Assembly (NCBI GenBank): GCA_039919075.1
Contig: JBDSGJ010000005.1
Span: forward strand, 46,927-110,926
Length of the DNA stretch: 64,000 bases
Source of the DNA: Sphingomicrobium sp.
Lineage (GTDB): Bacteria > Pseudomonadota > Alphaproteobacteria > Sphingomonadales > Sphingomonadaceae
Direction of reading: 5' to 3'
Shown piece after piece: positions 10,106 through 21,376 of this stretch (the stretch's first letter is position 1; every line of letters begins with the position of its first letter). A program made the position numbers and the translations under genes. The notes under the pieces are model-generated. The model was not told the origin of the DNA. It saw only the letters and a program-made list of their open reading frames with translations, and did not search any database.

Positions 10106-10854
10106 TGATGGAGTTTAGTCGCCGGACCCTGTTCGCCGGCGCGGGCGGACTAGTGCTTGCCGGATGCGACAAGATCGCGGCATCGCCCAATGTCCGCAAG
10201 CTGCTGACGCTGGGCGAGAGCGCGACGTTCTCGGCGCAGCGGCTGGTCAGCGACCGCGCGGCGCTGGCACCCGAATTCTCGCTGGCGGACCTGTCGCCAG
10301 TGTTCCGCGTCAACGGCAACGGCAATCCGGGAACGCCGGATTATGACGCGCATGTCGCGGGCGCTTTTGCAGACTGGCGACTGGCGGTTGACGGATTGGT
10401 CGAGCGGCCGTTGAGCCTGTCGCTGGCGCAACTTCGCGCGGCGCCGCATCGCACGCAGATTACGCGGCATGACTGCGTCGAGGGATGGAGTGCGATCGGC
10501 CAGTGGGCGGGAACGCCGCTGCGCCTTCTCCTCCAGCAAGCCGGGCTGCGCTCGTCGGCGCGCTACATAGTCTTCCATTGCGCCGACCTGTCAGGCGGAC
10601 GGCCCTATTATGAATCAGTCGACCTGATCGATGCGCTGCATCCCCAGACGATCCTGGCGTGGGCGATGAACGGCCAGACCCTGTCGGTGCCCCACGGCGC
10701 TCCGCTTAGGCTCCGGGTCGAGCGCCAGCTCGGCTACAAGCAGGCCAAATATGTCATGCGGGTCGAGGCGGTCCAGTCGCTCGCCGGTCTTTACGGCGGC
10801 AAGGGCGGCTATTGGGAGGATGTCGCGGACTATCAATGGTACGCCGGGATCTGA
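10102..10854 (+). CDS. Molybdopterin-dependent oxidoreductase (sulfite oxidase/MsrP-like family)
   Basis: Tat-like SRRTLF; TRHDCVEGWSAIGQW; HGAPLRLRVERQLGYKQAKYV. Confidence 0.88.
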   Translation: MMMEFSRRTLFAGAGGLVLAGCDKIAASPNVRKLLTLGESATFSAQRLVSDRAALAPEFSLADLSPVFRVNGNGNPGTPDYDAHVAGAFADWRLAVDGLVERPLSLSLAQLRAAPHRTQITRHDCVEGWSAIGQWAGTPLRLLLQQAGLRSSARYIVFHCADLSGGRPYYESVDLIDALHPQTILAWAMNGQTLSVPHGAPLRLRVERQLGYKQAKYVMRVEAVQSLAGLYGGKGGYWEDVADYQWYAGI

Positions 10855-10872
10855 CCGGCGCGGCGCGGCGGC

Positions 10873-10901
10873 TTGACTTCGCGGCTGCATTTGCGCACAT
10901 C
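10873..10901 (+). promoter_or_regulatory. Possible sigma70 promoter of the met leader
   Basis: TTGACT followed by a 17-nt spacer and CACAT, immediately before the riboswitch. Confidence 0.4.
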
Positions 10902-10906
10902 GCAGC

Positions 10907-11029
10907 TTCCATCGAGACCGGCTGAGGGACAGGCCCGCAGAAGCCGGGGCAACCACATGATGTGCCAACAGGTACGCCATGCACGGTGCCAAGTCCTGCG
11001 GGGACGCATGAGTCCACCGGCAGATGGTC
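10907..11029 (+). ncRNA. SAM-I (S-box) riboswitch
   Basis: P1 CCATC(10909-13)/GATGG(11023-27); kink-turn and pseudoknot core GAGGGACAGGCCC..GAAGCC.GGCAACC; GGTGCCAAGTCCTGC; lies upstream of methionine biosynthesis genes. Confidence 0.85.
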
Positions 11030-11108
11030 GTGAGTCGTCACTCAAGTGGCGACCTTGCGCTATCGGTCGCCCCGCATGCCTCGATCAACGGAGGTGAATG
11101 CGGACGAG

Positions 11109-12104
11109 ATGACGATCCAGACTGCCCTTTCCGAGACAATCGACAAATCGTTCGAAGTGCGTCCGGCGGGGACGCGCGGCGAAGTGTCGTTCGAATTGGC
11201 GCTGGTGCATGCGGGCAGGACTGCGGTCGAATGCCGCTATGAGATCGCTGGCCGGGATGACGCCCCCGTCATCGTCGTAGCCGGCGGGATTTCGGCGGGT
11301 CGTCACGTAATTGCGAACAGCGCCGACGCCAGCGCGGGATGGTGGCAGGAGCAGGCCGCTTCGTTCGAACGATGTCGCGTCGTGGCAATCGACTGGATTG
11401 GGTCCGACGGATCGCTAGATTGCCCGATCGACCCCATCGACCAAGCGAACGTGCTTGCCCTCCTGCTCGACGCACTCGGCATCGACCGCGTCGCGGCGTT
11501 TATTGGTGCGTCCTATGGGGCGATGGTCGGGCAACAGCTCGCCGTGCATTTTCCCGGGCGTTGTGGCGCGATTCTGTCGTTCAGCGCGGGGGCAAGCGCG
11601 CATCCCTTTTCAAGCGCCTGCCGCTCGCTTCAGCGCAAGGCCGTCGCCATCGCCGAGGCAGGCGGCGACCCCGCCGCGGGCGTCGCTCTCGCTCGCGCGC
11701 TGGCGATGCTGACCTATCGCACCGCCGACGAGTATCGCGTTCGCTTCGACGCTGCGCCAAGCGTCGCCGATGGGAATGTCCGGGTCTCAGCGGAAGACTA
11801 TCTTGACGCCCAGGGAGAGCGCTACGCGGCGCGAACCACCGGAGCCGCCTATCGCCGCTTGTCCGAATCGATCGACCTTCACCGCGTTGATCCCGCTGCG
11901 CTCCGCCTGCCGGCGACCTTCGTTGCGGTCGAGAGCGACTGGCTCGTCCCGATCGAGGATATCCGCGCGCTAGCTGAAGCGGTGCCCGGCGCGCGGTTCG
12001 TGCTGATGCCGAGCCTCTACGGTCACGACGGCTTCCTCAAGGAAGAGGCACAAGTCGCGACGATCATTACCGAATTCCTTGCCGCCCTGGAGCCTGCCCG
12101 ATGA
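11109..12104 (+). CDS. metX: Homoserine O-acyl (probably succinyl) transferase, alpha/beta hydrolase fold
   Basis: VAGGISAGRH, IGASYGAMVG nucleophile elbow, LSESIDLH, SLYGHDGFLKE. Confidence 0.88.
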   Translation: MTIQTALSETIDKSFEVRPAGTRGEVSFELALVHAGRTAVECRYEIAGRDDAPVIVVAGGISAGRHVIANSADASAGWWQEQAASFERCRVVAIDWIGSDGSLDCPIDPIDQANVLALLLDALGIDRVAAFIGASYGAMVGQQLAVHFPGRCGAILSFSAGASAHPFSSACRSLQRKAVAIAEAGGDPAAGVALARALAMLTYRTADEYRVRFDAAPSVADGNVRVSAEDYLDAQGERYAARTTGAAYRRLSESIDLHRVDPAALRLPATFVAVESDWLVPIEDIRALAEAVPGARFVLMPSLYGHDGFLKEEAQVATIITEFLAALEPAR

Positions 12105-13288
12105 GTCACGACTATAAACCAACGACGCGCGCGGTCCGCGCCGGGATCGACTGCGACACCGCTTTCGGAGCGGTCACGCCGCCGATTGTCCTGTCGACGA
12201 ATTTCACTTTCGCCGGTTTCAACGACAAGCGGAAGTACGACTACAGCCGCTCGGGCAATCCCACGCGCGACCAACTTGGCGAAGCGCTCGCTGAACTTGA
12301 AGGCGGGGCCGGAGGGGTGATTACCTCGACTGGAATGTCGGCGATTACGCTGGTTCTCAACGCGCTGTTAAAGCCGGGTGACCGGCTGCTCGTTCCGCAC
12401 GACTGCTATGGCGGCAGCTGGCGCCTGTTCGGCGCGCTCGCGGCGAAGGGCGCATTCGAGATGCGCGCCGCCAACCTGACCGATCCCGCGACGCTCGCCG
12501 AGGCGCTGGCGTGGAAGCCGAACCTGGTGTGGGTCGAAACTCCATCGAACCCGCTGATGCGGATAACTGATATCGCGGCGGTGGTCAGCGGCGCCAGGGC
12601 AATCGGTGCGCTGGTCGCGGTCGACAACACCTTCCTCTCGCCCATCCTCCAGCGACCGCTCGAGCTTGGCGCCGACATCGTGATCCATTCGACCACGAAA
12701 TATATCAACGGACATAGTGACGTCGTCGGGGGAGCGGTGATCGCCAAGGATCCGGCGGTGCAGGAGCAGCTCGGCTGGTGGGGCAATGCACTCGGGCTGA
12801 CGGGCGCCCCGTTCGACAGTTTCCTGACGATGCGCGGACTTCGCACACTCGACGTCCGCTTGCGCGCGCACCAGGAAAATACGGCGGCGATCGTCGACCT
12901 GCTGGCCGGGCATGCCGCAGTGTCGAAGGTTCATTATCCAGGGCTTGCCAGCCACCCGGGCCATGCCATTGCGGCGCGGCAACAGCATGGCTTCGGCGCG
13001 ATGCTGTCGTTTGACTTGGCCGGAGGCGAGGCAGCGGTGCGGCGGTTGCTCGACGGGATGGAGCTGTTCAGCCTGGCCGAATCACTTGGCGGCGTAGAAA
13101 GCCTGATCGCGCACCCTGCGACGATGACCCATGCGGCGATGACCGATGAGGCGCGAGCGCAGGCCGGGATCGGCGCCGGGCTGCTTCGGGTGTCGGTCGG
13201 GATCGAACATATCGATGACCTGCTGGCCGAGCTTGGTGCGGGTCTCGACCGGGCGGGCGCGGTTGGTGAGGCCCAGCGCGCCGCCTAG
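12101..13288 (+). CDS. metB: Cystathionine gamma-synthase
   Basis: YSRSGNPTRD, ETPSNP, DNTF, HSTTKYINGHSD PLP lysine, AESLGGVESL. Confidence 0.93.
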   Translation: MSHDYKPTTRAVRAGIDCDTAFGAVTPPIVLSTNFTFAGFNDKRKYDYSRSGNPTRDQLGEALAELEGGAGGVITSTGMSAITLVLNALLKPGDRLLVPHDCYGGSWRLFGALAAKGAFEMRAANLTDPATLAEALAWKPNLVWVETPSNPLMRITDIAAVVSGARAIGALVAVDNTFLSPILQRPLELGADIVIHSTTKYINGHSDVVGGAVIAKDPAVQEQLGWWGNALGLTGAPFDSFLTMRGLRTLDVRLRAHQENTAAIVDLLAGHAAVSKVHYPGLASHPGHAIAARQQHGFGAMLSFDLAGGEAAVRRLLDGMELFSLAESLGGVESLIAHPATMTHAAMTDEARAQAGIGAGLLRVSVGIEHIDDLLAELGAGLDRAGAVGEAQRAA

Positions 13289-14028
13289 GCGGGATTGAGC
13301 ATTGCCAGCACCTTGTCCACCGTGCCGTCGCGCTCGGCAAAGCGCAGGGGCTTGACCCGTTCGACGAGGATTTCGGACGGGGTTGGCTGCTGCTGGAACA
13401 GCTGCATCACTTCGTCCGCATAATCCTCGAGCGGCTGGTATGCGGGGTTCTGTGCCTGTCCCGGCGTGAGTTCGGTCTGGACCCCCGGCGGTGCAAGCTC
13501 GATCACCTCGATCTTGCCTGCAAGTGCGATCCGCAACGACACGGTGTAGCTGTGCAGCGCCGCCTTCGTGGCTGAGTAGGTCGGCGCGCGGGTGGTCGGC
13601 TGGAAGGCGAGCCCTGAGGTCACGTTGACGATAGCCGGATCGGGCCGCGAAAGCAGTTGCGGGAGCATCTTGTCAATCATCCGGATCGGACCGAGCAAAT
13701 TCGTCTCTATGACCGCCTTGGCATCGGCCAGGTCGCGCTGCTCGGCGATATTCTCGAGCGGCATGATCCCGGCGTTGTTGATCAGCACGTTGATCGCCGA
13801 GTTGGTAGCGGCGAGATGATGGACGAAGTCACGGATGGCTTCGGGATCCTCGACGTCGAGCAACTCGCCGCGCATCTGCGCGCGGCCCGCAATCGCCTCG
13901 TCGAGTTTCGCCCGCTGCCGACCGGTGATGATCACCTCATTGCCGAGATCATGGAAGCGGTGCGCCAGTGCGCGCCCGATCCCGCTCCCGCCGCCGGTCA
14001 TCAGGATTTTGTTGCCCTGCATTTTCAT
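13285..14028 (-). CDS. Short-chain dehydrogenase/reductase (DltE-like)
   Basis: TGGGSGIG, NNAG, YSATK. Confidence 0.9.
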   Translation of the reverse strand: MKMQGNKILMTGGGSGIGRALAHRFHDLGNEVIITGRQRAKLDEAIAGRAQMRGELLDVEDPEAIRDFVHHLAATNSAINVLINNAGIMPLENIAEQRDLADAKAVIETNLLGPIRMIDKMLPQLLSRPDPAIVNVTSGLAFQPTTRAPTYSATKAALHSYTVSLRIALAGKIEVIELAPPGVQTELTPGQAQNPAYQPLEDYADEVMQLFQQQPTPSEILVERVKPLRFAERDGTVDKVLAMLNPA

Positions 14029-14085
14029 GGTCATTCGCCTTGCTGCCTGTCCCGCGGTCAACCGCCAGAACGCGCAAAGGATGCG

Positions 14086-14862
14086 CTACTCGGTCCGCGT
14101 TCCCTGAAGATAGTCGATGCGGATGCGGACCCATTCGCCGACCATATCACGGCCGCCCTTGCGCGGCGGGCGGACAAGGAACTGCCAGGCGGCCTGTCGA
14201 ACTGCGCTCGCCAGGTGGCTACCGGGGGGCGAATTGCCGAGCTCGACGCAGTCGTCGACGTGGAAGCGGGCGATCGTCTTGCACGCGACCAGGCCCCAGC
14301 CGCCGCCGTCGGGCATTCGCGGGGGGAGGTAACCGCCAAGCTCGCGGTCGGTCGGCTGGCGATACCATTGCGCGGCATAGAGCGGCTGGCCGTTGGGCGC
14401 CGTGCCAACGCGCTCCGTATCACCCGCACCGTCGGCCAGCTGCGCGTCATTGCCGCTGTCCTTGGCGGGCGACGGAACCCCCTTGCTGCCAAGCTTGGCA
14501 ATATCAGCCGAAGCGAGGTCACGAGGGGTCAGGATCAGCATCGGCAGGCTGTGGTCAGCGGGCGGAGTTGGCAGCTTGATCTTCGGTGGCGGGGGCGCCC
14601 GGTGCGGCGGCGGCACTGGGGTCGGCTTGGCCGCGCTCTTGGGACGCTGGCGACGATTCGGGGTCGGCTCGTCGGCGGTATTCGGGATGAGATCGACGCT
14701 CAGGGCTCCGGTTCGGGCCATTGGGACGGGGCGGCGGGCGCCGAGGCCAAGCAGCGCCAGGACGATCAACATTTCGAAGCCGATGGCGAGCGCCAGCCCC
14801 GTTGCCCGGCGGCGCGCAATCGATCGGTCTGGAGTGGCGGGGAGCCGGTAGGCGGCGCTCAT
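14086..14862 (-). CDS. Membrane-anchored Pro-rich protein with a TonB-C-like C-terminal domain
   Basis: N-terminal TM helix, Pro-rich linker, C-terminal AAWQFLVRPPRKGG...WVRIRIDY. Confidence 0.6.
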   Translation of the reverse strand: MSAAYRLPATPDRSIARRRATGLALAIGFEMLIVLALLGLGARRPVPMARTGALSVDLIPNTADEPTPNRRQRPKSAAKPTPVPPPHRAPPPPKIKLPTPPADHSLPMLILTPRDLASADIAKLGSKGVPSPAKDSGNDAQLADGAGDTERVGTAPNGQPLYAAQWYRQPTDRELGGYLPPRMPDGGGWGLVACKTIARFHVDDCVELGNSPPGSHLASAVRQAAWQFLVRPPRKGGRDMVGEWVRIRIDYLQGTRTE

Positions 14863-14926
14863 GGCGAGCGCGGCCTAGGGGAGGCGCGGGCAGGGGACAA
14901 GCCCGAGCCTCGAGTCGCGCGGGCCG

Positions 14927-15226
14927 TCAGGCGGCGAGGCGCAGCTCGTCGGCGATCGGTTCGGCTGAGGTCGCTGCGACGGTGGGAATCGTTGCAACGC
15001 TTGCAATAGGGGCGACGACATCGGGAAAGATCAGCCGGGTCGCAAGAACCAGCGCGCCGAGACAAAAATAGCCGACTACAGTCCATAGCGGCTGCCACAG
15101 GATCAACGGCACGAGCGCGACGCGGAACCAGTTTGCGTTGATCCCGAAATCGTCGCCAATCGCTTCGCAGACGCCGAACATGGCGGCGGGTCGATCGATG
15201 ATCGCGGGTTTTGCGGCGGTCGTCAT
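14927..15226 (-). CDS. pspC: PspC domain protein
   Basis: MFGVCEAIGDDFGINANWFRV followed by a TM segment. Confidence 0.75.
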   Translation of the reverse strand: MTTAAKPAIIDRPAAMFGVCEAIGDDFGINANWFRVALVPLILWQPLWTVVGYFCLGALVLATRLIFPDVVAPIASVATIPTVAATSAEPIADELRLAA

Positions 15227-15263
15227 GGAGAGCTCCGGTCAAAGTTGCGGTTGCCTCTCCAGA

Positions 15264-15280
15264 AGCAAGTCATGTGCCAA
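15264..15280 (-). promoter_or_regulatory. Sigma54 (-24/-12) promoter
   Basis: Minus strand TTGGCACATGACTTGCT matches TGGCAC-N5-TTGC, 38 bp upstream of the pspC start. Confidence 0.72.
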
Positions 15281-15407
15281 CTTTGATCGTTGGCTCTTTT
15301 GCGGCGTTTTAACTACCGTTGATGAACAAGGCGTTGCGACGGCGCCGCGCCTGACGCTCAAGGTTGGGAAATTTCACCGATCAAGTGCGGAGCATCATCC
15401 TGTTGGT

Positions 15408-17432
<2,025 letters not shown>

Positions 17433-17445
17433 ATTGTCGTGCCGC

Positions 17446-19281
17446 TTACTCATTGCCGGCCAGCAAGGCCAGCCGTTCCTTGATTTCGTCCCGAGCCGCG
17501 TGGAGGCGCTGCTGCTCGCCAAAGGCTTCGTCATCGCCGATGGCCAGCGCCAGCGTCGCTTCGGCGAGCGCTGCCTCGACCTCAGCCGAAGCGTTCAGCA
17601 CATCCATTGCCGCAGCCAGATCGAGTCCAGCCTGCGCCGGGTCCGTCTCGGGCCGAGTGAAAGAAAAGCCGATGCCGCCGCGCCGCCGCAAGGCGTCGCT
17701 TATGGATAATATGGGGGCGAGCGCCTCGCGATCAAGCGGCGCGCCCGACATCGCGGCGTCGACCAGAAGATCGCGTTGGGCAGCGGCGGCACGATCGGCG
17801 ATCGGCAGGTGGGCGAAGGCCTCAAGCTGGCTCGAAAGTGCGTCGGGATAGAGCGCGAAGCCAGCGATAAGCGCGCGGGCCATGGCCGCGTCGATGCCGC
17901 CACTGCCGATTGCGCGCGCGGTGGCGCTGGGAGGGCCTTCGGGGGGGATGAACTTGCGGGTCTTGGGATCATATTTGCCGCGCTTCTCGAACGGGCGACC
18001 GGGGCGCGCGGCAGGGCCCTGTGGCCGGACGAGCGCATCGAAACGCTCAAGCCATTCGTCGCGGTACAGCCGGGCCAGACTCTGGTCTCCGATCGTCCGC
18101 GCATGGTCGATCAGGCGTTGCTTCAAACCGGCGCGAGCCTCGGGCGTGGTCAGGGGGGCGGTGTCGCGCTCATGGACCCACAACCGCTCGACCAGCGGCA
18201 CCGGCTCGGCGAACAGCGCATCGAGCGCCGACTTTCCACCACTTCGCAACAAATCGTCTGGGTCCTGCCCCTGCGGCAGCGCGACAAACCGCAGCGTCCG
18301 TTCGGGGGCGAGATGGGGCAGGGCACGCATCGCCGCGCGGATCGCCGCCTTCTGTCCCGCGCTGTCGCCATCGAAGCACAGGATCGGGGCGGGATCGAGC
18401 CGCCACATCCGCTCGAGCTGGGCCTCCGTGACCGCTGTCCCGTTGGGCGCAACCGCCTCGCCGATCCCCGCCCGGTCGAGCGCGATCACGTCCATATAGC
18501 CTTCGACGACGATCAGCCGGTTTGCCTTGCGGCTGGCGGGCGCGGCGCGGTCGATATTGTAGAGCGTGCGGCCCTTGTCGAAGAGCGGGGTTTCGGGCGA
18601 GTTGAGATATTTGGGCTCGCCGTCGCCCAGGATTCGCCCCCCGAAGGCGATCACCCGGCCACGCGCGTCGCGAATCGGAATCATCAGCCGGCCACGGAAG
18701 CGGTCGTAGCTGTCCTTGTCCTCGTCCGGCTTGATCAGCATTCCGCTTTCGACCAGTCTCTCTTCGCCGAAGCTGTTGAGCGCAGCCTTCAACCGACCAC
18801 GCGCATTGGGCGCAACCCCGATCCCGAAGCGCGCCGTGACCGCCGGATCGATCCCGCGCTGCTTGAGATAGGCCCGCGCACCCTCCCCCTCGCTGCTCGC
18901 CAGCACCTCGGCAAACCAGCGCTGCGCTGCTGTCATGACGTCACCAAGACCCGTCGCCCGCTCGGCCCGCTCCTGCGCGCGCGGGTCGGCAGCGGGCACC
19001 TCCATCCCGGCCTTTCCGGCCAGTTCCTTGACCGCATCCATGAACGGCAGCCCGCCAGCCTCGGTCAGAAACCGGATCGCATCGCCATGCGCCCCGCAGC
19101 CGAAGCAATGGTAAAAGCCCTTGTCGTCATTGATCGTGAACGACGGGGTCTTTTCCTGGTGGAGCGGACAGCAGGCCTTCCACTCGCGCCCGGCGCGGAG
19201 CAGCTTGACCGACGGCGCGATCACCCCGGACAGCAGCGTGCGGGCGCGCAGTTCGTCGAGGAATTGCGGGGAGAGGCTCAC
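17446..19281 (-). CDS. dnaG: DNA primase
   Basis: Zinc finger [11 protein letters not shown]...[36 protein letters not shown]. Confidence 0.97.
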   Translation of the reverse strand: MSLSPQFLDELRARTLLSGVIAPSVKLLRAGREWKACCPLHQEKTPSFTINDDKGFYHCFGCGAHGDAIRFLTEAGGLPFMDAVKELAGKAGMEVPAADPRAQERAERATGLGDVMTAAQRWFAEVLASSEGEGARAYLKQRGIDPAVTARFGIGVAPNARGRLKAALNSFGEERLVESGMLIKPDEDKDSYDRFRGRLMIPIRDARGRVIAFGGRILGDGEPKYLNSPETPLFDKGRTLYNIDRAAPASRKANRLIVVEGYMDVIALDRAGIGEAVAPNGTAVTEAQLERMWRLDPAPILCFDGDSAGQKAAIRAAMRALPHLAPERTLRFVALPQGQDPDDLLRSGGKSALDALFAEPVPLVERLWVHERDTAPLTTPEARAGLKQRLIDHARTIGDQSLARLYRDEWLERFDALVRPQGPAARPGRPFEKRGKYDPKTRKFIPPEGPPSATARAIGSGGIDAAMARALIAGFALYPDALSSQLEAFAHLPIADRAAAAQRDLLVDAAMSGAPLDREALAPILSISDALRRRGGIGFSFTRPETDPAQAGLDLAAAMDVLNASAEVEAALAEATLALAIGDDEAFGEQQRLHAARDEIKERLALLAGNE

Positions 19282-19284
19282 GCC

Positions 19285-19737
19285 CTAGGCGAGCAAACCC
19301 CGCACGAGCGCACTGGCCCGGGCAGGTTCGATGCTGCTTGCATGGCGTTCCTTCACGACCGCCATGACCTTGCCCATATCCTTCATGCTCGCGGCGCCAA
19401 CCTCGGCGATAACCACACCGATCGCGGCCTTGGCCTGAGCATCGTCCATCTGCTGCGGCATGAAGCGTTCGATCGTGGCGATTTCGCCCTGCTCGATCGC
19501 GGCGAGCTCCTCTCGCCCGCCCTTCTGATAAAGCTCGACCGATTCGCGGCGCTGCTTGATCATTTTCTGGAGGACTTCGGTGACAAGCAGGTCGTCGTCC
19601 TCCGGCGCCTTGCCCGTGCGCGCCTCGATATCGCGGTTCTTGATCGTCGACTGCACCATGCGCAGCGTCTGCGTCGTCGCCTTGTCGCCGCTCTTCATGG
19701 CGGTCACCAGCGCGGCCTTGATGTCGTCGCGAATCAT
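19285..19737 (-). CDS. GatB/YqeY domain protein
   Basis: AMKSGDK...LRMV...KQRRES...Y.KGGREELA...MKDMGKVM. Confidence 0.9.
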   Translation of the reverse strand: MIRDDIKAALVTAMKSGDKATTQTLRMVQSTIKNRDIEARTGKAPEDDDLLVTEVLQKMIKQRRESVELYQKGGREELAAIEQGEIATIERFMPQQMDDAQAKAAIGVVIAEVGAASMKDMGKVMAVVKERHASSIEPARASALVRGLLA

Positions 19738-19883
19738 GTTTTGGCTCGTCGTATAAAGCGGAAACCTCATTCTTAGCGGGGTTCGCCGGCACGTTACAGC
19801 CGTTGACCTGAACCCCATCCGGCCCTAGCTGCTGCGGCTTAGCGACATTGCTGCACAACCACCCCGAAAGGCCCCATCCGCCG

Positions 19884-21080
19884 ATGGCCGACGCACGACC
19901 CTTGCCTGTCACCCAGCCTCCCGGCGCGACCGCCTGCCTGGTGTTCGGCGATGGGCGTGTGGCGTGGGGGCGGGGCTTCGGCGCCGAAGGGGCTGCGGTC
20001 GGCGAGTTGTGCTTCCACACCGCGATGACCGGCTATCAGGAAGTGATGACAGACCCGTCATTCGCGCGGCAGGTGGTGGCGTTCACCTTCCCGCACATCG
20101 GCAATGTCGGCGCGAATGACGAGGATTATGAGGCCGACGATCCCCACGCGCTTGGCTGTATCGTCCGCGAGGATGTGACGGGGCCGAGCAATTTTCGCTC
20201 CACCGCCGGCTTTGCCGAATGGATGGCGGCGCATGGGCGGATCGGGATTTCGGGGCTCGACACGCGCGCGCTGACGCGGCTGGTGCGGCGCGAGGGGCCG
20301 CCCAATGTGGTGATCGCGCATTCGGCCAAGGGCGAATTCGATGTTGCGGCGTTGCAGCGGCAAGCGGCGGAGTGGCCCGGGCTCGAAGGCATGGACCTCG
20401 CGAAAGAGGTTTCGCGGGCGCAGCTGGAGAATTGGAGTAAAGGTCCCTCGACTGCGCTCGGGATGAGCGGTCGTGGTGGAGCGGTCTCCCTTAATCCGCT
20501 CATCCCGAGCGAAGTCGAGGGACCCCACGTCGTCGCGATCGATTATGGCGCCAAGCGCAACATCTTCCGCAATCTGGTCGAGGCCGGGGCGAAGGTGACG
20601 ATCGTCCCCGCCAGCGCTTCCTATGACGAGATCATGGCGTTGAAGCCGAACGGCATCTTCCTTTCCAACGGCCCCGGCGACCCCGCCGCGACCGGGGAAT
20701 ATGCCGTGCCCGTCATCCGCCAATTGCTCGGCACTAAGCTGCCGCTGTTCGGCATTTGCCTCGGCCATCAGCTGCTCGCGCTGGCGGTGGGGGGGAAGAC
20801 CTCGAAGATGTTCCAGGGCCATCGCGGGGCCAATCATCCGGTCAAGCGGCTCGCCGATGGGGCAGTCGAGATCACCTCGATGAACCACGGCTTCGCAGTC
20901 GAACGCGAGGGGATGCCGGCCCACGTCCGCGAGACCCATGTCAGCCTGTTCGACGACAGCAATTGCGGCCTCGAACTCACCGACCGCCCCGCCTTCTCGG
21001 TCCAGTACCACCCCGAAGCGAGCCCCGGCCCGCAGGACAGCTTCTATCTGTTCGAGAAGTTCGTGGGGATGATGCGGTGA
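19884..21080 (+). CDS. carA: Carbamoyl-phosphate synthase small subunit
   Basis: TAMTGYQE, LSNGPGDP, GICLGHQ, SVQYHPEASPGP. Confidence 0.97.
   Translation: MADARPLPVTQPPGATACLVFGDGRVAWGRGFGAEGAAVGELCFHTAMTGYQEVMTDPSFARQVVAFTFPHIGNVGANDEDYEADDPHALGCIVREDVTGPSNFRSTAGFAEWMAAHGRIGISGLDTRALTRLVRREGPPNVVIAHSAKGEFDVAALQRQAAEWPGLEGMDLAKEVSRAQLENWSKGPSTALGMSGRGGAVSLNPLIPSEVEGPHVVAIDYGAKRNIFRNLVEAGAKVTIVPASASYDEIMALKPNGIFLSNGPGDPAATGEYAVPVIRQLLGTKLPLFGICLGHQLLALAVGGKTSKMFQGHRGANHPVKRLADGAVEITSMNHGFAVEREGMPAHVRETHVSLFDDSNCGLELTDRPAFSVQYHPEASPGPQDSFYLFEKFVGMMR
20442..20524. repeat. Palindromic (REP/RPE-like) element lying in frame within carA
   Basis: 29-bp arms GGTCCCTCGACTGCGCTCGGGATGAGCGG and CCGCTCATCCCGAGCGAAGTCGAGGGACC (one mismatch) around a 25-nt loop. 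Confidence 0.85.
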
Positions 21081-21376
21081 AGGCGTCTGTGACTCTGCTC
21101 GCTCTACTTCTCGCGTCGCCAGCGTCAGCTCGCGGCGATCTTGCTAAGGCTGTTCGTGCAAGGGAGATGGCCCAGATCACTGACGACTGTCATCTTGCGC
21201 GGTCATCGCTGCGTGAAGATAAGTTAGGCCGGATCCACATTCGGCCTAAGCCAAACTCGCGTTACGAAAACGTCGATTGCCTCCTCAGCAAGCTTAGAAA
21301 AAGCTCACTTGTCGGGAAAATTCCGATGGGGTTCGTCGGCAATGAATCATACGCGCCTGTCGAGAAGAAACACTAA
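21077..21376 (+). CDS. Small putative secreted protein between carA and carB
   Basis: GTG overlaps the carA stop and TAA overlaps the carB ATG; signal peptide [18 protein letters not shown]; two Cys. Confidence 0.55.
   Translation: MKASVTLLALLLASPASARGDLAKAVRAREMAQITDDCHLARSSLREDKLGRIHIRPKPNSRYENVDCLLSKLRKSSLVGKIPMGFVGNESYAPVEKKH

Noticed and set aside
11098-11112. Four-codon uORF (MRTR*) overlapping the metX ATG
   Set aside because: Only 3 nt from the GGAGG, too close for efficient initiation; probably incidental
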